Source of the DNA: an uncultured Armatimonadia bacterium
GTDB taxonomy: Bacteria; Armatimonadota; Zipacnadia; Zipacnadales; UBA11051
Direction of reading: 5' to 3'
Assembly: GCA_964390495.1 (NCBI GenBank)
Contig: CAYMIN010000011.1
Coordinates: 29,701-93,700 of the forward strand
DNA: 64,000 nucleotides
Below, piece by piece: positions 53,593-62,742 of this stretch; within the stretch, counting starts at the first letter, position 1, and each line of letters opens with the position of its first letter. The notes beneath the pieces were generated by a model. The model was not told the DNA's origin and searched no databases. It was given only the letters and a program-made list of their open reading frames with translations. The position numbers were made by a program, and so were the translations under genes.

Positions 53593-54831
53593 TCAGGCCC
53601 CTCGGCGCTGGCGCAAGAGAATGATTGCAGTGCCGATGATGACGATGCCGGCGACGGCTGCGACGGCTATGCAGAGGGCTCGGCGGCTGCGCTGGGCCGG
53701 CGTCGGCTCGGTCGCGCTTGACTGGGGCCCCGCGGTTGTGGTCGGCAGCGGCTCCACCGGGAACTCCATGTAACCTGTCTGGGCCGGAGGTAGAGCCTGC
53801 GCTGCCGGTTCGGCGTCGGCCTCGGCGAGAGTGACCCATACCCCCGCCAGCGTATTGAGCACCGCCGGGCTGTTGGGGTCGAAGCCGAACTGGTCGCGAA
53901 CCCGGAGGTCGAGGTCCTGACCCCAGATGACCGGCGCCGCCGGCCCCAGCAGCCACGTCGGATCGCTGGTGCAAGCACAGTTGCGCCCCAGCAGCCGGAA
54001 CAGGTCCAGCATATTCATCTCGGTCACCTCTGCAGCCGGCAACACCGCCCCGACGCGCCGGACCATGCCGAAAACCACGGCCACCTGAGCTTTGCCGGTG
54101 TTACCCTCGGTAAGGCCAAGACTCCACATCAAAACCGCCTCGTCGGCATCATCGGGCGCGATGCTGATGATATGCGGCGGCTTCTCGATTGTGTGGCCCA
54201 TCTCGGTCCTGAAGCCGACCAGGTCTTGCGCAGCGGCGGCACACTCGCTCTGGAGTCGTTGATTCTCGGCGGCGTCAGCACCTTCTGCGATAATCACGAC
54301 GCACCAATCGGTGATGATATGCGCGATTATCTCCTCGCGTGCCGGCGACATGACCAGCGCGGAAACGGCCTCGCCGACCGCGTCCTGGGAAAGGGCGCTG
54401 CCGCTGAGACCGGGCACTAACATGGCCTGCTGTCGCGGCGAGACGAGTATAGCGGCAGGCAGGCGCTGGGGATTTAGCTCGTCGAAGTAAGCCCGGGCTT
54501 CGTGATGAGGCTGCTGATCCAGATTGACTAGCTCGGCTTCGACATTGGATTCCCGCAGCCAGACCTCGGAGGCCGCAGCTAGCCATTGAGCCAGTTCGTC
54601 CTTGCGCGGCGTTCGGTCGCGGACGAAAACGACAAGCTGATAGGGATCCGGCTCGTGGACGATGAAGCCGGCCTCCTGGATGCAGTAGGGACAGCCCAGG
54701 GCCGCCGGCGCAGAGCCGACCAACCAGACTGCTGCGACCACCAGCAGCGCCTGCAACCATAGGATGGGACGCGCAAAGACTATCGTGACTGCCTCCTGGG
54801 TTGAGTTGACATCGGTGCTTGATCTGAGCAA
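53593..54831 (-). CDS. Exported Cys-motif protein with C-terminal TM anchor, upstream of the FtsX-type ABC
   Basis: Signal peptide followed by CPYC; later NCACTSDP; Pro/Thr linker, TM helix and basic tail. Start uncertain: AGGAGG sits 8 nt before an in-frame ATA at 54783. Confidence 0.7.
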   Translation of the reverse strand: MLRSSTDVNSTQEAVTIVFARPILWLQALLVVAAVWLVGSAPAALGCPYCIQEAGFIVHEPDPYQLVVFVRDRTPRKDELAQWLAAASEVWLRESNVEAELVNLDQQPHHEARAYFDELNPQRLPAAILVSPRQQAMLVPGLSGSALSQDAVGEAVSALVMSPAREEIIAHIITDWCVVIIAEGADAAENQRLQSECAAAAQDLVGFRTEMGHTIEKPPHIISIAPDDADEAVLMWSLGLTEGNTGKAQVAVVFGMVRRVGAVLPAAEVTEMNMLDLFRLLGRNCACTSDPTWLLGPAAPVIWGQDLDLRVRDQFGFDPNSPAVLNTLAGVWVTLAEADAEPAAQALPPAQTGYMEFPVEPLPTTTAGPQSSATEPTPAQRSRRALCIAVAAVAGIVIIGTAIILLRQRRGA

Positions 54832-54990
54832 GCGATCGTATCGAAGTCCTGTCTGGAAGCTATGGTACTGTGTGGAATTGAGTTTGTAAAGTTCGACGGC
54901 CGGCAGGAGTCAATCATCTGGCGGCGAAGTGCCATGATGGAGCTAGCGGACAAGCCAAGCAATCGAGACAGTTGACAGGAGTTGGGGGCA

Positions 54991-57900
54991 ATGAGCATGC
55001 CTGGCCGGTTTGTGCGCCGCTGGGCTGTGTTAGTCGCATTGTTGGTCGGTCTGGGCCTTGCCTGGATCGGATATGCCGTGGCTACCGGTCCGGCTAGCAG
55101 CAACGACTGGCCCGCCTACCTTCACGACTATGCGCGCAGCGGAGTTTGCGCGACGGCCCCGGATTTGCCTCTGGAGGAGCACTGGGCCTGGACCTCACCG
55201 ACCCCGCCGCATTCGGCATGGCCGGACCCCCACACCGTCCCAGTCGAGGGCATGGGAGATGTCAACCTGGAAAGGCCCAGGCTGAAGTTCGACGACGCCT
55301 TCCACATCGCGGCGAGCGACGGCGCTGTCTATTTCGGCTCGACCGAGGCCAATCAGGTCTGCTGCCTGGATTTGGTCAGCGGCGAGCTGCGCTGGAAGTT
55401 CTTCACCGATGGGCCGGTACGGCTGGCGCCGACTGTCTCTAGAGGGCGGGTCTATTTCGGGGCCGATGATGGCTACGCCTATTGCCTGGATGCTGCGGAT
55501 GGCAAGCTGATCTGGAAATTCCAGGCGGCGCCGCGGGAGCAACGACTGCTGGGCAGCGGGAAGATGATGTCCATGTGGCCGGTCCGCACCAGCGTACTGG
55601 TGGACGAGGGCGTGGCGTACTTCGGAGCGGGCATGTTCCCCGGCGAGCGCGTCTATCTGTATGCGGTGGATGCCCGGGACGGGGCGCCGATCTGGAAAAA
55701 CGGCACCATGAGCGACCTGTCAGCGGGTCAGAACGGCTTCACGCCCCAGGGTTATCTGCTGGCGACGCAGGATTATCTGTTTGTGCCCTCGGGACGTGCC
55801 CTGCCGGCGCGCTTCGACCGCAAGGACGGGCGCTTCCACTACCAGCGCAGCTTCGGCTGGCGGAGTAACGGCATCGTCGGCGGGACCTATGCCCTGCTGG
55901 CCGGCGAGCACTTCTTCTGCGGCGGTCAACAGACCGTCGGCTATGGTCAGGACAAGGGCAATATCGGCTTCGCCTGGTTCCCCGGGCACCGGCTGGTGAT
56001 CACGCCGGAGCTCTCCTACCTGCTGGGTAAGACGGGCATTCAGGCGCTGGACCGCGTCGCCTATCCGCAGGCCAATACGCATCGCAGACAACTGGCGAGC
56101 AAGCGCACCTCACTGCTGCGCAATAAGAAGACCACCGAGAACTTCGATGAGAAGCTGGCCGCCTTAACCGAGGAAGAAAAGGCGGCAGAGGCGGCGGTCG
56201 CGGCCTGCACCAAGTGGCGTCTTGAGGCCGAGGGGCTGGACTCGATGATCCTCGCGGGCGAAGTGCTGTTGGCCGGCGGCGACAATCAGGTGCTGGCGCT
56301 CGCTAGCAATACGGGCAAGCAGCTCTGGACCGCCGTGACGGATGGCAAGGCCAAGGGCCTCGCGGTTGCCGAGGGACGGCTCTTGGTCAGCACCGATAAG
56401 GGCACCGTGCAGTGCTTCGGAAAAGGGCCGAAGCCGAACTCGCCCGCGGTCGAGACCGTCGCGGACCCATATCCGCCCGATGACCTGACCTTGTACTACC
56501 AGCGGGCGGCCCAACTGATCGTTCGCTCAAGCGCTGTCAAGCAGGGCTACTGCCTGGTACTCGGCTGCGGTACCGGACGCCTGGCCTACGAACTGGCGCA
56601 ACGCAGCGACCTGAAGATCTACGGTATCGAGCCGGATGCGAAGAAGGTCGCAATCGCGCGGGAACGGCTCGACGCTGCCGGCATGTATGGCAGCAGGATC
56701 ACTGTCGAACAGGGACCGCTGGCGGCGATCCCTTACTCGGACTACTTCGCCAACCTGATCGTTTCCGAGGAGGCGCTGCTAGCGGGTCGGCTGAGCACTC
56801 CAGCCGAGGAAGTCATGCGCATGCTCAAGCCTTGCGGTGGGGTGGTGTGTATCGGCCAGCCGAGCGCCAGGGCGGAGCTGCTTGGAGGCTTGAGTGGCGA
56901 GGCGCTGGAAAGCTGGATGGCCTCGGCAGGGATCAACAGTCAGGTGCAAGCTACAGCGACGGAAGGGGTGTGGCTGAGATTCGTCCGCGGGCCGCTGCCA
57001 GGTGCCGGCAAGTGGACGCACCAGTACGGCGACCCGGGTAATACGGCCTCCTCGGAAGACCGGCTCGTCAAAGCGCCCTTGCGGGTGTTGTGGTACGGCG
57101 AGCCGGGCCCGAATAAGGTCCCCAGCCGCCACTATCGGAATGCCGCGCCGCTGTCAATCAATGGGCGTGTGTTCTTGGAGGGCATCAACCGGATCATGTG
57201 CTTCGACGCCTATAATGGGCTTATGTACTGGGAGCGCGAGATCGCGGGCGCCTACCGGGTCCGCGTCTCGCACCAAGCCAGCAACCTGGCCTGCAATGAG
57301 GACAGCCTGTTTGTCGCCACCGGTACCGAATGCCTGCGTCTGGATGCCGCGACCGGTCTGACCAAAGCCACCTATGAGCTACCCGCCGCCGAAGACGGAA
57401 CCGAGCGCACGTGGGCCTATGTGGCGGTGGTGGGCGACTTGCTGTTCGGCAGCAGTTCGCCCGAGTTCCAGATCAGCGATGCCATCTTCGCCGTAAATAT
57501 CGCGACCGGGGAGCTGAAGTGGATTCACCACGGCAAGCGCATCACCGACAACACGATCGCGCTAGGTGATGGGCGGGTCTTCTTTGCCGACAACAGGGCG
57601 ACAGCGGAACAACGGCAGCTTGGCCTGGAGCAGATGGCCGAGCTGATGAAAAAGTCCACAGGCAGCGCGGCGCCTTCAGCCGCAGAGAAGGCCGCCGATG
57701 CGGACGTGCAAATGGTCGTAGCCCTGGATGCGGCGACCGGAGAGGTGGCATGGGAGCAGCCGGTGGACCTGACGGACTGCGGTGGGCGGATTCTATTCTC
57801 CATTTGCCACAACGGCATTCTGGTCTTCTCCGGCTCGTTCGGTAACGGACACTACTGGAAGCAATTCTTGGGTGGAGACTACGCCAGCCGGCGGGCTACC

Positions 57901-58896
57901 GCCCTGGCGACTGCAGACGGGGCGTTGGTGTGGTCGAAGGCCGTCGGCTGCCGCATCCGACCCCTGGTCATCGGCGATACCTTCTACGCCGAGCCGTGGC
58001 GCTTCGACCTGCAGACGGGCGAACAGCAGACGCGCACTAACCCGGTGACGGGGGAGACTGTGGAGTGGAAGTTCGAGCGCCCCGGCCACCACTGTGGCTG
58101 TATCTCGGGTTGTCCTAGCGGTCTGTTTTTCCGCTCATGGGCTTCGGCCTATTACGACCTGGTGTCTGACCACGGCACCCAGCACTTCGCCGGTCAGCGG
58201 CCCGGCTGCTGGATCAATATGATACCGGCCAATGGCCTGCTGATCGAGCCGGAGGCCAGCTCCGGCTGTGCCTGCCTGCACTCGCTGACCTGCACCGTCG
58301 TGTTTCAGCCCTGCGACACCAACAAGATGTGGGGCCTGTACAGTTGCCCGGGCGAGACGAGGCCGGTGCAGCGCCTGGCGATCAATGTAGGAGGCCCGGG
58401 GGATAGGAAGGATGAAGAGGGGAGGCTGTGGCTGGCCTATCCGCGGCCCGGTGGGCGGATGCTGCTCAACTTCGAGATGGAGACCGAAATCCTGCCCGAA
58501 GGCGGCTACTTCAACTACGGGGAGGAAGATTGGGGAGCGGTCAATGCGGCCACGCCGTGGCTCTATGCCTCGGGCTGCGCGGGCATGACCGCCTGCACAG
58601 TGCCTCTTGCAGAAGAGGAAGGCGGATCGGCCCGCTACACCGTGCGCCTGGGCTTCGCCGACAGTGACAACACCCGGCGTGGCAAGCGGGTCTTTGACAT
58701 CAAGCTTCAAGGCAAGCGCGTGGCCGAGGACTTTGACGTGGTCGGCGCGGCCGGCGGCCAGAACAGAACGGTGGTAAAGGAGTTCGACGGCGTCGAGGCC
58801 AAGGATAAACTCATTATCGAGCTTGTGCCCAAGGCTGAGAGCCCGTCGCGAGACCAAGCGCCTATCCTCAACACCATCGAGGTGATCCGCGAATAA
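54991..58896 (+). CDS. Giant exported protein: PQQ-like beta-propeller + class I SAM methyltransferase-like + second propeller + malectin-like domain
   Basis: WPAYLHDYARSG, repeated G...W kinked propeller blades, CLVLGCGTGRLAYEL, WTHQYGDPGNT, C-terminal YTVRLGFA...RVFDIKLQG...FDVV. AGGAG RBS precedes ATG 54991. Confidence 0.8.
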   Translation: MSMPGRFVRRWAVLVALLVGLGLAWIGYAVATGPASSNDWPAYLHDYARSGVCATAPDLPLEEHWAWTSPTPPHSAWPDPHTVPVEGMGDVNLERPRLKFDDAFHIAASDGAVYFGSTEANQVCCLDLVSGELRWKFFTDGPVRLAPTVSRGRVYFGADDGYAYCLDAADGKLIWKFQAAPREQRLLGSGKMMSMWPVRTSVLVDEGVAYFGAGMFPGERVYLYAVDARDGAPIWKNGTMSDLSAGQNGFTPQGYLLATQDYLFVPSGRALPARFDRKDGRFHYQRSFGWRSNGIVGGTYALLAGEHFFCGGQQTVGYGQDKGNIGFAWFPGHRLVITPELSYLLGKTGIQALDRVAYPQANTHRRQLASKRTSLLRNKKTTENFDEKLAALTEEEKAAEAAVAACTKWRLEAEGLDSMILAGEVLLAGGDNQVLALASNTGKQLWTAVTDGKAKGLAVAEGRLLVSTDKGTVQCFGKGPKPNSPAVETVADPYPPDDLTLYYQRAAQLIVRSSAVKQGYCLVLGCGTGRLAYELAQRSDLKIYGIEPDAKKVAIARERLDAAGMYGSRITVEQGPLAAIPYSDYFANLIVSEEALLAGRLSTPAEEVMRMLKPCGGVVCIGQPSARAELLGGLSGEALESWMASAGINSQVQATATEGVWLRFVRGPLPGAGKWTHQYGDPGNTASSEDRLVKAPLRVLWYGEPGPNKVPSRHYRNAAPLSINGRVFLEGINRIMCFDAYNGLMYWEREIAGAYRVRVSHQASNLACNEDSLFVATGTECLRLDAATGLTKATYELPAAEDGTERTWAYVAVVGDLLFGSSSPEFQISDAIFAVNIATGELKWIHHGKRITDNTIALGDGRVFFADNRATAEQRQLGLEQMAELMKKSTGSAAPSAAEKAADADVQMVVALDAATGEVAWEQPVDLTDCGGRILFSICHNGILVFSGSFGNGHYWKQFLGGDYASRRATALATADGALVWSKAVGCRIRPLVIGDTFYAEPWRFDLQTGEQQTRTNPVTGETVEWKFERPGHHCGCISGCPSGLFFRSWASAYYDLVSDHGTQHFAGQRPGCWINMIPANGLLIEPEASSGCACLHSLTCTVVFQPCDTNKMWGLYSCPGETRPVQRLAINVGGPGDRKDEEGRLWLAYPRPGGRMLLNFEMETEILPEGGYFNYGEEDWGAVNAATPWLYASGCAGMTACTVPLAEEEGGSARYTVRLGFADSDNTRRGKRVFDIKLQGKRVAEDFDVVGAAGGQNRTVVKEFDGVEAKDKLIIELVPKAESPSRDQAPILNTIEVIRE

Positions 58897-59068
58897 GAGC
58901 GGAGCCTCGGTGGCCTGGAAGAGTGACGGATAGCGACGGTGGCGCACCTAGCGGAGTCGAGCGGCGGTCGAGAGGACACGGCCGCCGTTTCGCCTCTTCT
59001 TACCTCTGCAGCAAGCTCGCGCAGTAACGGTGGTGTATAGGCACAGCCGCACGAGGGACTGGTGAAAT

Positions 59069-62000
59069 ATGAGAACAACATTACTGGCTGGTTGTCTGAT
59101 GCTGTTTGTGGCAATGGTGTATGGTAAGGACGGGCGGAGTTACTACGATGACGCGATGATGGCAGGCGTGAGGGAGAAGATCGCGAAGTACGACTGGGCG
59201 AAGGCGCAAGTGCCCGCCGCCGAAGCCAACTGTGAGTGGTATATGGATATGTCCGACCAGGAGCTGTGGGACCTGGTGCCGCCGCCGCAGCAGCTCAGGG
59301 CCATCAATGTCTGCCACGGAGTTGGGTGTCCCTTTTGCGGTGAGGAGATCATCCGCAAGGCCGGCCACTACCCGTGGAAGATGAGCCGCGAGCAGCCCTT
59401 CAAGGTGACCTGCCCCGTATGCAACCGGACCTTCCCCGAAAACGATTTCGAGCCCTGGAATACCGCAGGCAAAGACGGGCAGCCGGAGTCAGGCGACAGG
59501 ATCATTGACAAGGGCATCGGCTGGGTTGACAAAGACGGCAACCGCTACTATTTCGTGGCCTACTATATGTTCTGGCAGCGCTGGAATCGCGATATTCTGG
59601 GTGGCATGCGGAGTCTGGGTGAGGCCTATCTGCTGTCCGGCAACCCGGTCTATGGGCACAAAGCGGCGATCCTGATGTGCAAGCTGGCCGGCGAATACGA
59701 GCGCTTCGACTATGGCACCCAGTGCTATCACGAGGGCATCTGGAACGTCAGGGGACGGATATCCGACTACATCTGGACGACCGGCAATGACAGCACCGTG
59801 GCCCTGGCGTATGACGCGATCTATCCGGTCTTCGACGAGGACCCGCAACTGCTGGCCTTCCTGAAGGAGAAGGGGATTGACAACCCCCGTGATCATATCG
59901 AGCTTAACATGCTCAAGATCATGGCTAACGACATCTACACCGGCTACGCCGCCGGCAACATGGGCGCCCATCAGCGGACGATGTGTTATCTGGCGCTGGC
60001 GATGGATAATGACGATCCGGAGAGGGGGCTGACGACTGAGCAGGCGCGCGAGTGGCTGATGAGCGGCGAGGGCCGGATCGAGGACCTGCTCTGGAACGGC
60101 TTCTGGCGCGATGGCATGGGCGGCGAAAGCTCGCCCAGCTATTCGTCGGGCTGGTGCTACAAGTTCTACCAACTGGCGGAGCTGCTGCCCAAGCTCGGCA
60201 TCGAGATCTGGGATAACCCCAAGCTCAGGGCGATGGCCGACATCGGCCTGGAGATGGCGGTTACCGGCAAGTTCTGCCCGTGCATCGGCGATTGCGGAGG
60301 CGTGCAAGGCAGCGGGGCGGTCGCCTGGCATGCCTCCTTGCAGGGACCGGCGTTTACGCACTATGGAGAGGCCAAATACGCCAAGGCGCTGGCCCAGATC
60401 AACGCTACTTCGAGGAACTTGTGGGAGGACTATTTTGACGAAGCAGCGGTCGCGGCGGTTGTCGAGAAAGAGGGCAAGGCCCTGGATTGGAAGACGCGTA
60501 ACATCGGCGGCTACGGGCTGGCAATACTGGAAAGCGGCAAGGGCGAGCACCGCCGCGGCGCCAGCATGTACTACGGCGCTGCCACCGGCGGCCACGGCCA
60601 CCGCGACCGACTGACGCTGGGACTGTTCGCTTACGGCTACCCGCTGTTCCCGGAGATGGGCTATCCGACACCGTTCCGGACGCCCAAGCGGGGCCTGTGG
60701 ACCAGTAACACCATCAGCCACTACTGCGTGCTGATTGATCAGGTGCCGCACCGGACGGCGGACGCGGGAGATCTGAATACCCTGGCCGCCTCGCCGGAAG
60801 TGCAACTGATGGATGCCTCGGCTGAGATCGCTTATACGGGGATGGCCTCGCTTTACCGGCGGACGGCGGCGTTGATTGACATATCCGAGCAGGATTCCTA
60901 TCTCCTGGACATCTTCCGCGTGCGCGGCGGCAGCGAACACCACTGGAGCTACCACGGACCGGCGCACTTCTCCGACTTCAGCGTCAGCGGCGGGCAGCCC
61001 GGCCCGGTGCAGGAAGGCACGCTCGCAGGTGAGGACATCCCCTATGCCGGCGAGATACCTGCCGCGATGAGCAAGACGGGCCTGGCACTGCCGCTGCTGA
61101 AGGCGGAGGGCCTGATTACCGAAGGGGACTACGGGGAGACCTCGAAAACCGGCTGGGCCGCGTACGGCAAAGGCTTTTTGACGCGATGTCAGGGCGCGGA
61201 GATCAAAATCAAGACCCCCGAGATTGCGGCCGGCAAGGTCAAGGTCTTCATGCACATCTACGACTACAATAAGGGAACCAATCAGCTTGACATCAGCCTC
61301 GGCGGGGTGACCAAGACCTTCCTGTGCGCACCGACCGGCACAGTCGGCAACTACTGGGCCTCCGAGATTTACGAGCTGCCGGAAGCGGTCAGCCAGGTGG
61401 CGCTGAACGCCAAAGCCGTGGGGCAGACGTATATCCAGATTGATAGTATCGTCATCACCAGCGACCTGCGCGGCAAAGAGCCGATAGTGCAGGACATCAG
61501 GAGCAGCGGCTTCAACTACCTGTTCAATATCCGCCGCATGCAGCCGCAGGGGATGTGGTCGGCTACCTGGCGCAAGCCGGATGAGGATGTAGCCATGACC
61601 GTGACGATGCCTGCCGGCTGCGTGGCAGAGGTGATCCTGGGCGACGGGATCCCGGAGCTGCAGCCGGGTAATCCCGACACGATCCAGTACACGCTGGGGC
61701 ATAATCAACTGCCGGAAGCGCAAGCTCAACAGGGCGAAGAGCTTTTCCGCAACTATGTAGCCGTGGTCGAGCCGCACACGGGCAAGGCCAAGGTCACCGC
61801 GGTCGAGCACCTGCAGGGCGAAGGCGGCAGTCCGGAGACCGTCGGCCTGGCTGTGCGTCGCGCAGGTGCCACCGACTTCGTTCACAGCTCATTGTCAGCC
61901 GAGCAGCGCTGCACCTGGCAGGCGGCGGGCAAGCCGCTGGTCGTCGCCGCCGAGTTTGCCCTGCTGACCCTGGACGACCAGGGCATCAAGCGCGTCGTAG

Positions 62001-62575
62001 TGATCAACGGGACGCTGCTGGAGTATGGCGATTTCGCCTTGCATCCGGCCGCCTCGCCGGCGGGCAAAGTGCTCAGCGTGGATCTGGCGAATAATGCCAT
62101 CACTATTGATACGGCGCTCGCCGCGCCTGAGGCGTGCCAGGATACCGTGGCAATTCTGGGCAACGAACTGCAGCGGACCAGCTACACCATCAGGCGGGCC
62201 GAGGTTGCCGACCAAGCCACAACCCTCGACTTCGGGCATGTGCTACTGACCATCGGCATGGGGGCGGTAGCCGCGGCCGATGAAGCGGCCAAGACGATCA
62301 CGGCGGACCGGCCCCTGAGCGGCTATGGGCGCATTGACGGCGGCAGACATGCGGGTCGCTGGCTCTACAATGAGGACAAATCGAAGGGATTCAGGATCGG
62401 CTCTATCAGAGGCCAGACCTTCACGCTGGAGGATGTAGAGGGCAGCCTCGAGGACATCTTCACAGACGCGGACGGTGATGGGCGGCGGCTCTACTGGATC
62501 AGCGAGGTCGGCCCGGGAGACACCTACCGGATCCCCACTACGACCTACTACGCGCGAGACAGCAGGACGGATTGA
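59069..62575 (+). CDS. Heparinase II/III family protein, exported, with N-terminal Cys4 module and an internal inserted domain
   Basis: CPFC...CPVC, DGMGGESSPSY, GGHGHRDRL, SHYCVLIDQ, YLLDIFRVRGGSEHHW. Confidence 0.82.
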   Translation: MRTTLLAGCLMLFVAMVYGKDGRSYYDDAMMAGVREKIAKYDWAKAQVPAAEANCEWYMDMSDQELWDLVPPPQQLRAINVCHGVGCPFCGEEIIRKAGHYPWKMSREQPFKVTCPVCNRTFPENDFEPWNTAGKDGQPESGDRIIDKGIGWVDKDGNRYYFVAYYMFWQRWNRDILGGMRSLGEAYLLSGNPVYGHKAAILMCKLAGEYERFDYGTQCYHEGIWNVRGRISDYIWTTGNDSTVALAYDAIYPVFDEDPQLLAFLKEKGIDNPRDHIELNMLKIMANDIYTGYAAGNMGAHQRTMCYLALAMDNDDPERGLTTEQAREWLMSGEGRIEDLLWNGFWRDGMGGESSPSYSSGWCYKFYQLAELLPKLGIEIWDNPKLRAMADIGLEMAVTGKFCPCIGDCGGVQGSGAVAWHASLQGPAFTHYGEAKYAKALAQINATSRNLWEDYFDEAAVAAVVEKEGKALDWKTRNIGGYGLAILESGKGEHRRGASMYYGAATGGHGHRDRLTLGLFAYGYPLFPEMGYPTPFRTPKRGLWTSNTISHYCVLIDQVPHRTADAGDLNTLAASPEVQLMDASAEIAYTGMASLYRRTAALIDISEQDSYLLDIFRVRGGSEHHWSYHGPAHFSDFSVSGGQPGPVQEGTLAGEDIPYAGEIPAAMSKTGLALPLLKAEGLITEGDYGETSKTGWAAYGKGFLTRCQGAEIKIKTPEIAAGKVKVFMHIYDYNKGTNQLDISLGGVTKTFLCAPTGTVGNYWASEIYELPEAVSQVALNAKAVGQTYIQIDSIVITSDLRGKEPIVQDIRSSGFNYLFNIRRMQPQGMWSATWRKPDEDVAMTVTMPAGCVAEVILGDGIPELQPGNPDTIQYTLGHNQLPEAQAQQGEELFRNYVAVVEPHTGKAKVTAVEHLQGEGGSPETVGLAVRRAGATDFVHSSLSAEQRCTWQAAGKPLVVAAEFALLTLDDQGIKRVVVINGTLLEYGDFALHPAASPAGKVLSVDLANNAITIDTALAAPEACQDTVAILGNELQRTSYTIRRAEVADQATTLDFGHVLLTIGMGAVAAADEAAKTITADRPLSGYGRIDGGRHAGRWLYNEDKSKGFRIGSIRGQTFTLEDVEGSLEDIFTDADGDGRRLYWISEVGPGDTYRIPTTTYYARDSRTD

Positions 62576-62742
62576 GCAGGCTGGCCGACGGCTGTGAGGC
62601 TCTCACCGAGGTTCCGCGCGAGCTAGCTGTGCGCTAGGCGCTCCACCTCAATAACCGAGGACAGAGACCGGGAAGGTTGCAGGGCGCTTGGGCCGAACTA
62701 GGACCTCGGGTTCGACCAGCCAATATGAGGCAGGTGGTAAGG

